DNA of 64,000 nt. It comes from Gemmatimonadales bacterium (lineage in GTDB: Bacteria > Gemmatimonadota > Gemmatimonadetes > Gemmatimonadales > GWC2-71-9). Shown here one piece after another: positions 31,479 through 42,747 of the stretch (position 1 is the stretch's first letter; each line of letters starts with the position of its first letter). The notes under the pieces are model-generated. The model had not been told where the DNA came from, made no database searches, and was given only the letters and a program-made list of their open reading frames with translations. The stretch spans positions 448,001 through 512,000 of the forward strand of contig JBBCJC010000002.1 in the NCBI GenBank assembly GCA_037189525.1. The letters run 5' to 3'. Position numbers and translations under genes: made by a program.

Positions 31479-32678
31479 ATGAGTTCAGCGCTTGCCGCGC
31501 TCGTTCGCCGGTCTCTCGCTACCGTGCTGGTTGCCGTCGCAGCCGGGGTGGCGCCGCTATGTGCGCAGGAGGATGTCGCTGCCATCATCGCCCGGATCGA
31601 AGCAGCCCAGGTCCCCAATCGGCAGGGATTCGACGGGCTCACCATCGAGGAAATGATGACGCGGTTCCGGGTGCCGGGGATGAGCATTGCCGTCATCAAG
31701 GATTTCAAGGTGCACTGGGCCAAGGGGTACGGCGTGGCCGATATGGCGACCGGGCGGCGGGTCGACACCAATACGCCGTTCCAGGCCGCGTCGATCAGTA
31801 AGCCCGTGACGGCCATGGCGGTGGTCCGTTTGGCCCAGGACGGCAAGCTGTCGCTCGATCAGGACATCAACGCATTGCTGACGTCCTGGCGCGTGCCGGA
31901 GAGCGAATTCACCCGTGCGCAGCCCGTCACCCCGCGGTCGCTGCTCAGTCATACCTCGGGGGCCGACGACGGCTTCGGGTTCCCCGGCTACAAACCCGAT
32001 GCGCCGCGCCCGACGCTGGTGCAACTCCTCAACGGCGACAAGCCGTCGAATGTCGGCCCGGTCCGGTTTGCCCGCCCGGTGTACGCGGGATACAAGTATT
32101 CGGGTGGTGGAACCGAAATTATCCAGCTGATGCTGGCGGATCTGACGAAGCGGCCATTTGCGCAGCTGATGCAGGAGACCGTGCTGGGTCCGATCGGGAT
32201 GACGGGCAGTTCATTCGAACAGCCGCCGACGGGTGAGCTGGCGGAGCGGACCGCGCGAGCACATAGCCCGGGTGGAACGGCCATGGACGTCAAGTGGCAT
32301 GTCTATGCCGAGCAGGCGGCGGCGGGGTTGTGGACGACGCCGACGGATCTGGTGCGCTTCGCGATCGAGGTCCAGACGGCCTATCGCGGCCCTGCCGGCA
32401 AAGTTCTCTCACAGGCCTCGGCGCGGGAGATGGTCGCGCCCACGGGAGCGGGGCCGTTTGCGGTGGGGCTGATGGTCGAGAAGCGCGGCGAAGGCTGGTA
32501 CTTCATGCACAGCGGCGGCAACTGGGGATTTTCGTGCAACATGATCGCCCACGTGCGCAAGGGTTACGGGGTCGTGATCATGCTGAATGGTGGCGGGGGC
32601 CCGCTGATCCGTGAAGTCGAGGAGCGGGTCGCGGCGGCCTACGGCTGGGACAACCTGGATAAGGCGATTCCGCGCTGA
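31479..32678 (+). CDS. Serine hydrolase, beta-lactamase/class C-like
   Basis: Signal peptide, FQAASISK (SxxK), LLSHTSG, YKYSGGG, HSGG. Confidence 0.9.
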   Translation: MSSALAALVRRSLATVLVAVAAGVAPLCAQEDVAAIIARIEAAQVPNRQGFDGLTIEEMMTRFRVPGMSIAVIKDFKVHWAKGYGVADMATGRRVDTNTPFQAASISKPVTAMAVVRLAQDGKLSLDQDINALLTSWRVPESEFTRAQPVTPRSLLSHTSGADDGFGFPGYKPDAPRPTLVQLLNGDKPSNVGPVRFARPVYAGYKYSGGGTEIIQLMLADLTKRPFAQLMQETVLGPIGMTGSSFEQPPTGELAERTARAHSPGGTAMDVKWHVYAEQAAAGLWTTPTDLVRFAIEVQTAYRGPAGKVLSQASAREMVAPTGAGPFAVGLMVEKRGEGWYFMHSGGNWGFSCNMIAHVRKGYGVVIMLNGGGGPLIREVEERVAAAYGWDNLDKAIPR

Positions 32679-32696
32679 TCGTCGAACATCAAAATT

Positions 32697-32739
32697 GCTA
32701 CGTACGCCGGGCCGGATAATCGGGCCCGGCGTACGTAGC
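32697..32739. terminator. Strong hairpin between convergent genes (U tract on the minus strand)
   Basis: GCTACGTACGCCGGGCC-N9-GGCCCGGCGTACGTAGC, 17-bp perfect stem; AATTTT follows on the minus strand. Confidence 0.7.
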
Positions 32740-32744
32740 GCCGT

Positions 32745-34796
32745 TCACGGCGTCTGACCGCGATACTTCGCGAACCAGCCTTCCAGGGTGGTGATCTTCG
32801 ATGCCAGATGGCTGGGCCGGCGCCGGATCCCGTGCGGTTCCTCCGGCACCCGGACCAGCACCGTTTCCACGCCGAGCATGTGCAGCGCTTTGTAGTACTG
32901 CTCCGATTCGGACATCGGCGTGCGATAGTCCTCTTCGCCCGTCATGATCAGGGTCGGAGTTTTGACGTTCTTCACGACCGAGAGCAGTGACCGCTTGGCA
33001 TAATTCTCGGCGTGGTCCCAGGGAAATCCGGGGAACCAGTTGTTCACCGACGCCGGCGCCATGTCGGCGGTGAGCGAGAAACTCTCCCAGTTGATGACCG
33101 GATAGAATGCCAGCGCCGCCTTGAAGCGGTTGGTATTGCCGATCATCCATGCGGTCAGCACGCCCCCGCCGCTTCCGCCGGTGACGAAGAGATTGTTGGG
33201 ATCGACGTAGCCCTTGGCGATCACGGCATCGACACCCGAGTCGAGGTCGTAGAAGTCGTCGCCGGGATAGGTATGATGGATCAGGTTACCAAACTCTTCG
33301 CCGTAGCTGGTGCTGCCCCGCGGATTGGGGTAAAAGACGACGTATCCGGCCGCCGCCATCAGTTGCTTCTCTTCATCGAACCGATCGCCGTAGTTGGCGA
33401 ACGGCCCGCCGTGGATCTCCAGGATCAACGGATACTTGCGCGATGGATCGAAGCCGGGCGGCTTGATGATCCAGCCGTGGATGTCGCGCTGATCCTTGGA
33501 TGACTTCCACCAGATCTCCTCGACCTGACCCAGAACCCGATCGCCCAGGACATCGTTGTTGAGGTCGGTCAGCATCCGGACCGGGCTGCCGGGAGCGGTG
33601 CGCGTCAACGCGATGTCCGAAATGACGCTGGGGGTGCTCAGCGTGTACGCGATGCTGCCATCGCGTGACACGGAATAGCTGCCGCCGCTATATGCTGAGC
33701 TGCCGGAGCCCAGATTGTGCGCCACGATGCGGTACGATCCGTCGAGCGACACGAGGGCGACTTTGGTGTTGCCCTTTTCATCGAACGCGACATAGACGCC
33801 TTTGCCGTCCGCGGTCCAGACCGGGCTCCGCACGCTCTGATCGATGCGCGAAGACAGCACCCGCTTACCGGAGCCGTCGCGATTCATCAGGTACAGCAGC
33901 GTATTCTGGTAGCCCACCTTGCGATCATCATATCCGGTATAGGCAATCAGGCGCCCATCGGGAGAAACTTCCGGGCTCTGATCCGGCCCGAATCGTTCGG
34001 TCAGCTGGCGCAGGGTCCCATCCTTGACCGACACGGCAAAGAGCTCGGATTCGCGGGAGTTCCACTCGGGCCGCTCGCCACGCCGCGCGGCGAGGATCAG
34101 TTCGGTGCCGTCCGGTGTCCAGGCGAGTGATCCTCCACCGAAGGGCATCCCGCCGTAGTGGTAGTCGCCCTTGGTGATCTGCCGCGCGGTACCCCCTTCG
34201 GCCGGCACGACGAACGCATGCATGTAGCCGGGCGGGACTTCGCCGGCTCCGTCGAAACGGAAGACGAGCCGGTCGGTATACTTGGGCGGTTCTGCCCAGG
34301 TAGCGCCAGACGGTGCGGTCAGCAACTGGCCGACGACGAGCGGGCGTTCCCGAACCTGGGCGACGAAGCCGATCTGCCTGCCATCCGGTGACCAGGTTAC
34401 GCCGCTAGGCGGGGTGGCCAGGCTGGTGATTGCGTAGGCCATGCCCGTGTCCAGGTACCGGACATGGATCTGGGCCGATCCGTCCCGGTTGGTGACGTAG
34501 GCAAGGCGCTTCCCGTCCGGCGACCAGCGCGGCGCGCTTTCGGAGAACTTGCCCGTCGTCAGCGGACGGTTGTCGCTCCCGTCCGCTTTGACGAGCCAGA
34601 TGTTGGAGTAGCGCCGATCGGTCATGACGTCCTGCCACTGGCGGACATAGGCAACCCACTGTCCGTCGGGCGAGATCTGCGGGTCGGCGGCGTACTCGAA
34701 CTTGAACAGGTCGGCCGGGGTGAGCTTCTGCTGGGCCGCGGCAGCGACAGGGGCTGCTCCGGCGAGCAGCCAGATCAGCAGGGCACGGGGTCGCAT
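32745..34796 (-). CDS. S9 family (prolyl oligopeptidase / acylaminoacyl) peptidase
   Basis: Signal peptide, WSPDG propeller repeats, IHGGP, NPRGSTSYG, GGSGGG, D.RTP, EPHG. Confidence 0.92.
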   Translation of the reverse strand: MRPRALLIWLLAGAAPVAAAAQQKLTPADLFKFEYAADPQISPDGQWVAYVRQWQDVMTDRRYSNIWLVKADGSDNRPLTTGKFSESAPRWSPDGKRLAYVTNRDGSAQIHVRYLDTGMAYAITSLATPPSGVTWSPDGRQIGFVAQVRERPLVVGQLLTAPSGATWAEPPKYTDRLVFRFDGAGEVPPGYMHAFVVPAEGGTARQITKGDYHYGGMPFGGGSLAWTPDGTELILAARRGERPEWNSRESELFAVSVKDGTLRQLTERFGPDQSPEVSPDGRLIAYTGYDDRKVGYQNTLLYLMNRDGSGKRVLSSRIDQSVRSPVWTADGKGVYVAFDEKGNTKVALVSLDGSYRIVAHNLGSGSSAYSGGSYSVSRDGSIAYTLSTPSVISDIALTRTAPGSPVRMLTDLNNDVLGDRVLGQVEEIWWKSSKDQRDIHGWIIKPPGFDPSRKYPLILEIHGGPFANYGDRFDEEKQLMAAAGYVVFYPNPRGSTSYGEEFGNLIHHTYPGDDFYDLDSGVDAVIAKGYVDPNNLFVTGGSGGGVLTAWMIGNTNRFKAALAFYPVINWESFSLTADMAPASVNNWFPGFPWDHAENYAKRSLLSVVKNVKTPTLIMTGEEDYRTPMSESEQYYKALHMLGVETVLVRVPEEPHGIRRRPSHLASKITTLEGWFAKYRGQTP

Positions 34797-34934
34797 AGGG
34801 ACTCCCTGAGAATTGATGGAGATAACCGAACGAGCCACGATGTTAGCGCAAGTCGGCGGACCGTGCCAGCCGCGGCTCTGTTCCGGTCGCGATCATGATG
34901 GCAAATTGGAGGATTCCCCCACTTCGGAGCCCTC

Positions 34935-36128
34935 GTGTCGCGACGATCTGCCGCCATCGCGCTGTTCATCGCCGTCTGGCTGTCCGGGTGTGGTCGGGCT
35001 TCACCAGCGGCCGATCCCGCCGCGTGGCCGACGACCTCACCAGCAGCGGCCTCCGTCAACGGCGCGGTTCTCGACAGCATCGATAGCGAGATTGCCCGTG
35101 GCGACTACGGCTATGTCGACCGGATGCTGGTGATCCGGGGCGGCAAGATCGTCTTCGACAAGAGCTATCACCACGACTACGATGCCGCTTACGGCGACTC
35201 GGCCAAAGTGCCGAGTGCCCTCAATGCGTCGGACCCGACGGGGTCCTATAACTACTTCAATCCCTGGTGGCACCCGTTCTACCGGCGTGGCGATCTGCAC
35301 AGCTTGCAGTCGGTCACCAAGACTATCGCGTCGGTCGTCATCGGCGCCGCAGTCTACCGGGGCGACTTTCCCTCGATCGATACCCCAATCCTGACCTTCT
35401 TCGACACCACCAAGGTCGCCAACATCGACGCCCGGAAACGGCAGGTGACGGTCCGTCATCTGCTGACCATGACGGGCGGCTTCGATTGGAACGAGTCGTT
35501 GCCCTATATCGATCCTCGCAACAATGCCGTTGCCATGGAGGCCAGTCGCGACTGGGTCGAATACGTGATCAATCGCCCGATGGCGCGGACGCCTGGTGCG
35601 GAGTTCAACTACAGCAGCGGCGAGACGGAGCTGCTGGCCCACATCTTTCAACGAGCAACCGGCCTCGACATCGAGGAGTATGCCGCCCGCCACCTCTTTG
35701 CGCCGTTAGGCATCGAACGGTGGTTCTGGAAGCGGATTCCGACCGGGTTGATCGATACCGAAGGTGGGCTCTACCTCGAGGCGCGCGACCTGGCGCGGAT
35801 CTGGCAACTGTTCCTCGACGGCGGATCCTGGCGCGGAACGCAGATCGTGTCGAAGGAATGGGTCGAGGAATCGGTCAAGCCCGCCGTCCGCGCCGGCAAT
35901 CGAGCCGGGACGCCGTGGTACGGGCTCAAGTGGTGGCTCTATCCCAATCCCTCCGATACGACCAAGCTGATCTGGACCGGGTCCGGGTTCGGCGGACAAT
36001 TCCCGATGGTCCTTCCGGAGCGGAATCTCGTAATCGTGTTCAACGGGTGGAACATCCTGCCCGGCGGGAAGAACTTCCCCCGCGCCAATATCCTTGCGCG
36101 GCTGGTTGCCGCCGTACCGGAGAACTGA
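34935..36128 (+). CDS. Serine hydrolase lipoprotein (beta-lactamase family, NylB-like)
   Basis: Lipobox LSGC, LQSVTK (SxxK), HLLTMTGG, FNYSSG, GFGGQ. Confidence 0.88.
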   Translation: MSRRSAAIALFIAVWLSGCGRASPAADPAAWPTTSPAAASVNGAVLDSIDSEIARGDYGYVDRMLVIRGGKIVFDKSYHHDYDAAYGDSAKVPSALNASDPTGSYNYFNPWWHPFYRRGDLHSLQSVTKTIASVVIGAAVYRGDFPSIDTPILTFFDTTKVANIDARKRQVTVRHLLTMTGGFDWNESLPYIDPRNNAVAMEASRDWVEYVINRPMARTPGAEFNYSSGETELLAHIFQRATGLDIEEYAARHLFAPLGIERWFWKRIPTGLIDTEGGLYLEARDLARIWQLFLDGGSWRGTQIVSKEWVEESVKPAVRAGNRAGTPWYGLKWWLYPNPSDTTKLIWTGSGFGGQFPMVLPERNLVIVFNGWNILPGGKNFPRANILARLVAAVPEN

Positions 36129-36210
36129 GACCGATCCGTTTGCCGGTTGGAGAGGTGATGCATTACGACATGGAGCGGCCCGGACAGCCCGGACCGCTCG
36201 ATAGATTGGA

Positions 36211-37995
36211 TCAGAAGGACACGCGGGTCGCTGTACTCGAGAGTGTGAACGTGGTTGCCAGCGTACCTGGCGTATAGATCCCTCCCTGGTAGAGACCATC
36301 GGCCAGCGTGCCCGTTGCGGAGCCGCCGAAGTAGACCCGGTAGCTGGTTCCCGTCGCGAACACCGGCGACGAAATCGCGATCGACTGATAGGCACGGGCG
36401 GGAACGAAGTCGATCACGTCTTTGCCGTCGGCCGAGCTGATGTGGACCAGCGTTCCGGCCGCGCGGGACGAGAAGGACAGCAGCGCCGAAGGCTGGCTTG
36501 ATGCTGCGGACGTGGCCTGGGCCATTCCCGAGCTCCCCGCAGCAACCAGGAACCCGCCTGTCATTCGGAAGGTCCCGTCGTAATCGACCGCTGCGTTGTT
36601 GTTGGCCGATGGCCCATGGACGATGACGCAGCCACCGGTCATCACGATCGATCCGTTCACATCGACGCCGTCGCCGGTTGCGTTGCTGACGATGTAACCT
36701 CCGTTGATGTAGAGGTAGTAGGTCGTCGACGACTGGACCATGTCACCGGCACCCGCCACGTTGATCCCATCATCGCTCGAGACGACGCGGATACGTCCGC
36801 CGTTGATCGTCATGTCGGCCTCGGCGTTCTCGATCCCTTCGTAGCTCTTGGTTACGTCGATGTCGCCGCCGTTGATCACGAGTTCCGCGTCGGCGTGGAC
36901 GGCGTCGTCGCCGCTTGCGATCTCGATCTGTCCGCCGTTGATCACCAGTTCACCGTCCGAGTGCAGGCCGTCGTCGGCCGTGTCGAGCTTGATCGTCCCC
37001 CCATCCACGACTACGAGCAGTCCTTTGATGCCCTTGGCCGAGAGGTCGTCGGAGAGGACAACGTTGCTGCCGCCCCCGGCGGTGATGGTGAGCGTTCCAT
37101 CGGTGACGAGAGCGTCGGTCTCGGCCTGGACACCGTCGCCGCTGGCCCGGATCGTTATGGTTCCGCCAGCCACGAGGACGTAGCCCTGGGTCACGTCGCC
37201 GTCTTCATCCGACTTGAGGCCGTCACCGCCCGAGGTGATGTCGAGCGTACCGTTCCGAACTACCAGGTAGTCTTTCCCTCGGATCCCGTCGTCTGCCGCG
37301 GTAACGGAGATCGTCCCGCCTGCGATGACGAGACCGTCCTTGCTGGTGATGCCATCGTTATATCGCGCCGTCACGATCAAGGAGCCGGCGCCGCCGATCG
37401 ACAGATTGTCCTCGCTGTAGATCGCAGCGTTCTGATCGACGCCGCTCGGATAGATTGCGCCGTCGGTGACCCGGTTAACCGAGTTGTCGGCCAGGATCAG
37501 GACGGTCTTCGCAGCTTTGGTGACGATGAGCGGCGCATCGGCCGAGTTGTTGAGCGTTACGCCATCCAGGACGAGGCGTACCAGCGCGCCGGCGGCATTG
37601 ACGACGACCTGCCCGTCATCGAGCGTGCCTGTCAAACGATAGGTGCCAGCTGCGCTGATCGTCACCTTGGTTCCGCTGACGCTGGCGCCGTCCCCACCGA
37701 CCGAGATCGATGTTCCACTCAGTGTGATAGGGATGGCCTCTGCCGTGTTCCAGACATAGTCCGAGGCCACCTCGTGATCGGCGGCGTTGGCCGACAGGGC
37801 GCTGGTGACCGTGAACGGACTGCTGTCGACTCCGCTTTCCTGGCATGCGAGCGTCTGAATCTGAATGGTGCTCAGGTCCGTGTCACCGTCCGAATCATCG
37901 GTTCCGGTGACGCTACCGTCGCTGCATCCCAACGCTGCGCAGAGTGCGCCGAAGGCGAATGCTCGCCGCATCGCCGCAGATGGTGTGATAGCCAT
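36211..37995 (-). CDS. Cthe_2159 / DUF4353-like beta-helix carbohydrate-binding lipoprotein
   Basis: Lipobox ALGC; AGTYRLTGTLDDGQVVV, repeated DGI/DDG..I.GG.I.I units, SYEGIE, GDGVDVNG. Confidence 0.85.
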   Translation of the reverse strand: MAITPSAAMRRAFAFGALCAALGCSDGSVTGTDDSDGDTDLSTIQIQTLACQESGVDSSPFTVTSALSANAADHEVASDYVWNTAEAIPITLSGTSISVGGDGASVSGTKVTISAAGTYRLTGTLDDGQVVVNAAGALVRLVLDGVTLNNSADAPLIVTKAAKTVLILADNSVNRVTDGAIYPSGVDQNAAIYSEDNLSIGGAGSLIVTARYNDGITSKDGLVIAGGTISVTAADDGIRGKDYLVVRNGTLDITSGGDGLKSDEDGDVTQGYVLVAGGTITIRASGDGVQAETDALVTDGTLTITAGGGSNVVLSDDLSAKGIKGLLVVVDGGTIKLDTADDGLHSDGELVINGGQIEIASGDDAVHADAELVINGGDIDVTKSYEGIENAEADMTINGGRIRVVSSDDGINVAGAGDMVQSSTTYYLYINGGYIVSNATGDGVDVNGSIVMTGGCVIVHGPSANNNAAVDYDGTFRMTGGFLVAAGSSGMAQATSAASSQPSALLSFSSRAAGTLVHISSADGKDVIDFVPARAYQSIAISSPVFATGTSYRVYFGGSATGTLADGLYQGGIYTPGTLATTFTLSSTATRVSF

Positions 37996-38241
37996 GCCGT
38001 GTCTCCTCGTATCGCCGATTTCCGGTCGGCAGTGTCGACCCGTGATCGCCGCGGCGTCCGCGACGTCTGAGTGGCCGGGGGACACGAGATGCACGTCGAG
38101 GCCCCTATCACTGCGATAGTCGCGGGTCCGCCTGCGAAATTCGCCGGAACGGTGATGGTCGAGCAGATACGAGGGTGAAACGGGAGTGTATCGAGGGCGG
38201 AGGTCGGCGGCGCCTGCCGATCATGCATTCGGATGATGAGC

Positions 38242-38280
38242 GGAAAGGGGCGGACCCACTCGAATGAGTCCACCCCTTCC
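38242..38280 (-). terminator. Intrinsic terminator candidate for 38290-39108
   Basis: Minus strand GGGGUGGACUCAU-UCGA-GUGGGUCCGCCCC followed by UUU. Confidence 0.55.
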
Positions 38281-38289
38281 TGCTTGGCG

Positions 38290-39108
38290 TTACCAGGAGA
38301 TTGCGAGGCCCAGGCCTATGGTGAGCGACGAGATGTCCCGGATGGCGTTGTCGAGCGGCACGCGTACGGTCAGCGAGGGACGAACCGCGCCGGGCCGCAG
38401 CTGAATCTGGCTGACGATCGAATGGAAGCTCCGATCATCGAAGGCCAGGTCGCTCTCGGTCAGCACGGCGCGACCGGTGACGCCGATGGTGGCGAGGTAC
38501 CCCGCGCTCTCATGACCTGCTCGGACGCCGTAGTCCGCAATGAACTCCGGATCGACATCGTTGCCCCCTGCGTCCATCAGAAAGGCGCCGCCGACTCGGA
38601 AGCCGAGGAGAAAGCCGTTGTCGTTGCGGGTGATGAACTCGCCACCGCCGCGAAAGGTCATGCGTTCCGGAATGAAGGCTTCCAGGCGATCGAGATCGGA
38701 AACCCCGCCGGCTGCGTACGCTGCGAGACTGCCCAGGTCCTCGGGCTCCTGAGCCAGCGGCAATCGAAGACCGGCATGCCCGACGAAAGAACCGCTCGCA
38801 TTGGGAAAGCGGAGACCGACGTACGGATTGCCCGCCAGCGTGGTCGATCCGAGGGGCTCATCGAGACTGCTCAGGCCGATCGGCAGCTCCGCTTCGAGCA
38901 GCATGCGGTCGCCGATTCGAGTGCCGGCGGAAAGAAAGAGCGCGCCGGTAAAGAATTTGCTGCCCTCCTCCTGGAAAATCGGCCGATAGCCTTCGAGCCC
39001 CACGGTCCAGCGGCTAATGGGTGGCGTATACCAATATTCCTGGGCAGCGAGCGGTGCGCCAGCTGCGCCAATCAGGAGAATGAACGAAATTCGGGCACGA
39101 AATGACAT
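38290..39108 (-). CDS. Hypothetical outer-membrane beta-barrel protein
   Basis: Signal peptide (PLAAQ), GNPYVG motif, C-terminal GLGLAISW. Confidence 0.7.
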   Translation of the reverse strand: MSFRARISFILLIGAAGAPLAAQEYWYTPPISRWTVGLEGYRPIFQEEGSKFFTGALFLSAGTRIGDRMLLEAELPIGLSSLDEPLGSTTLAGNPYVGLRFPNASGSFVGHAGLRLPLAQEPEDLGSLAAYAAGGVSDLDRLEAFIPERMTFRGGGEFITRNDNGFLLGFRVGGAFLMDAGGNDVDPEFIADYGVRAGHESAGYLATIGVTGRAVLTESDLAFDDRSFHSIVSQIQLRPGAVRPSLTVRVPLDNAIRDISSLTIGLGLAISW

Positions 39109-39197
39109 GTAGTGGCTCCACGAAGTGGTGGTGTAGATGTGAGACGTCTCATCACCCGAGCCCGTTCACATCGACACCACCAGTGGAGCAACCGAGA

Positions 39198-41162
<1,965 letters not shown>

Positions 41163-41231
41163 AATGTTCCTCGGACCTGAGGGGAGTCCGAAGAATGCCT
41201 GACTTGGCCGCAGCCGTCCAGTGGGGAGGCT

Positions 41232-41280
41232 AAAAAAAGGGGACACCAAAGGGGGTGATTCACTCCCCCCTTGGGCGTCC
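41232..41280 (-). terminator. Intrinsic terminator after the VOC gene
   Basis: GC-rich stem (GGACACCAAAGGGGG / CCCCCTTGGGCGTCC) followed by 7 U on the minus strand. Confidence 0.75.
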
Positions 41281-41285
41281 GCCGG

Positions 41286-42059
41286 TTAGCGCTGCATCGA
41301 CACCAGGGCAAAGCCCGCGCCCTGCGGGTCCTCACACTGGACCACCCAGGCATCGCCCGGGACGGACATCGGGCCGAAGATGACGCGTCCGCCCCGTGAG
41401 GTCACCGCGTCGATGGCCCGGTCGAGTGCCGGGACGCTGAAGTAGTACAGCCAGAACGGTGCGGGGGCTTCGGGCGGCTTGTTCATCATGCCACCTAACG
41501 GTTCGCCGCCCGATGCGAAGAGCTGGTAGGTGCCCATCTCTCCCATGTCCATCGCCTCGCCCTTGGTCCAGCCGAACTGCGCAGCGTAAAAGTCGAACGC
41601 GCTCGACCAGTCGGTTGTCATCAGTTCGTGCCAGGCGCCGAACCCGTCCGTCATCGGTGGAACCGCCGCTTCCTCCGTACCTGGCAGCGGCGTGAACAAG
41701 GTAAAGATCGCGCCCTGCGGGTCCGCGACGATAGAGAAGCGCCCGACGGTCGGAATGTCTTCGGGCTGGCGGTGGACCGTTCCGCCGGCCGCGGCAACCT
41801 TCGAAGTGGCCGCATCGACATCGTCCGTACCGATGTACCCCATCCAGGCAGGCAGGCCGCCGGCATCCAACGCTTCCTGGGGAAGCGGCATGAGGCCGGC
41901 CACACTTTTCCCGTTGGCCGAGAGGATCGTGTAGGGGAAGGGGCCGGTGGTGAACTCCTGCGCCGACCATCCGATCACGCCGCGATAGAACTCTTGCGCA
42001 GCTTTCGTATCGGTGGTAGCGAGCTCGTACCAGACGAAGGGGCTTCCTTGGATGGGCAT
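41286..42059 (-). CDS. VOC family two-domain glyoxalase-like protein
   Basis: FVWYEL.TTD..A..FY..V.GW and WHEL.TTD..AFDFY..FGW halves; DPQGA.F twice. Confidence 0.9.
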   Translation of the reverse strand: MPIQGSPFVWYELATTDTKAAQEFYRGVIGWSAQEFTTGPFPYTILSANGKSVAGLMPLPQEALDAGGLPAWMGYIGTDDVDAATSKVAAAGGTVHRQPEDIPTVGRFSIVADPQGAIFTLFTPLPGTEEAAVPPMTDGFGAWHELMTTDWSSAFDFYAAQFGWTKGEAMDMGEMGTYQLFASGGEPLGGMMNKPPEAPAPFWLYYFSVPALDRAIDAVTSRGGRVIFGPMSVPGDAWVVQCEDPQGAGFALVSMQR

Positions 42060-42129
42060 GAGATGCTCCTTTCGGTTCGGACGGGACGGACGCGTGTATC
42101 GTCCCGGAAGTTACGGGTCCGGAAACAGA

Positions 42130-42675
42130 TCAGGAACCGGGTGTCGTGGTCGCCGCCGGGGTCGGGCCTGGACGACGGTACCCTTGCCGCCACCCGGCCC
42201 AGTGTCCCAGAATCAGCGCGGCGATGACGGCGATACCGATCCACGGCCGCCGGGCCACCACTTCACGGTTGACGGACCAGAAGGCGACGGCGCACACGAG
42301 CATCGGCAACACGAGGCCGGGGAGCCACGCCAGACGCAACGGGCCCGGGTTGTCCGCCTGAATGGCGGCGAGGATCCAGTTGAAGGTCTGGAGTGAAATG
42401 ACGCCAAGGATGATGTGTAAGGTGATGACGGTAAGGACCTGGCCGACGCGTCCTCCCGGTAGCCACGCAAAATGGCCGCGTACCGCGCCGGCAGCCAGCG
42501 GTCCCGCCAGTGCGAGCCAGCGGATCATCATCAGAATGATCACCCCGCCGAATCCCGCCAGCGAACTCTTGTCCCCGCCCAGCGGATAGCTGGCAGCCTC
42601 CGCCCAGGCGAGAGCGAGCTGCACGCTCATAAAGGCGCCGAAGAGGAGCGAGACGTTGAGGAGGAAGGTGCCCAT
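42130..42675 (-). CDS. Hypothetical membrane protein (about 5 TM)
   Basis: Multiple hydrophobic helices, same strand as neighbours. Confidence 0.65.
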   Translation of the reverse strand: MGTFLLNVSLLFGAFMSVQLALAWAEAASYPLGGDKSSLAGFGGVIILMMIRWLALAGPLAAGAVRGHFAWLPGGRVGQVLTVITLHIILGVISLQTFNWILAAIQADNPGPLRLAWLPGLVLPMLVCAVAFWSVNREVVARRPWIGIAVIAALILGHWAGWRQGYRRPGPTPAATTTPGS

Positions 42676-42747
42676 GGTACGAAACGGGTAAGGGCCGGCG
42701 TTGCCACCGGCCCTGATGAAGTTACCAGCGATCGATTGCTGCGGTGA

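Noticed and set aside
29424..36128. MBL-fold and SxxK proteins as true beta-lactamases forming a resistance island
   Set aside because: Motifs fit the broad hydrolase superfamilies common in such genomes; nothing specific to beta-lactam resistance
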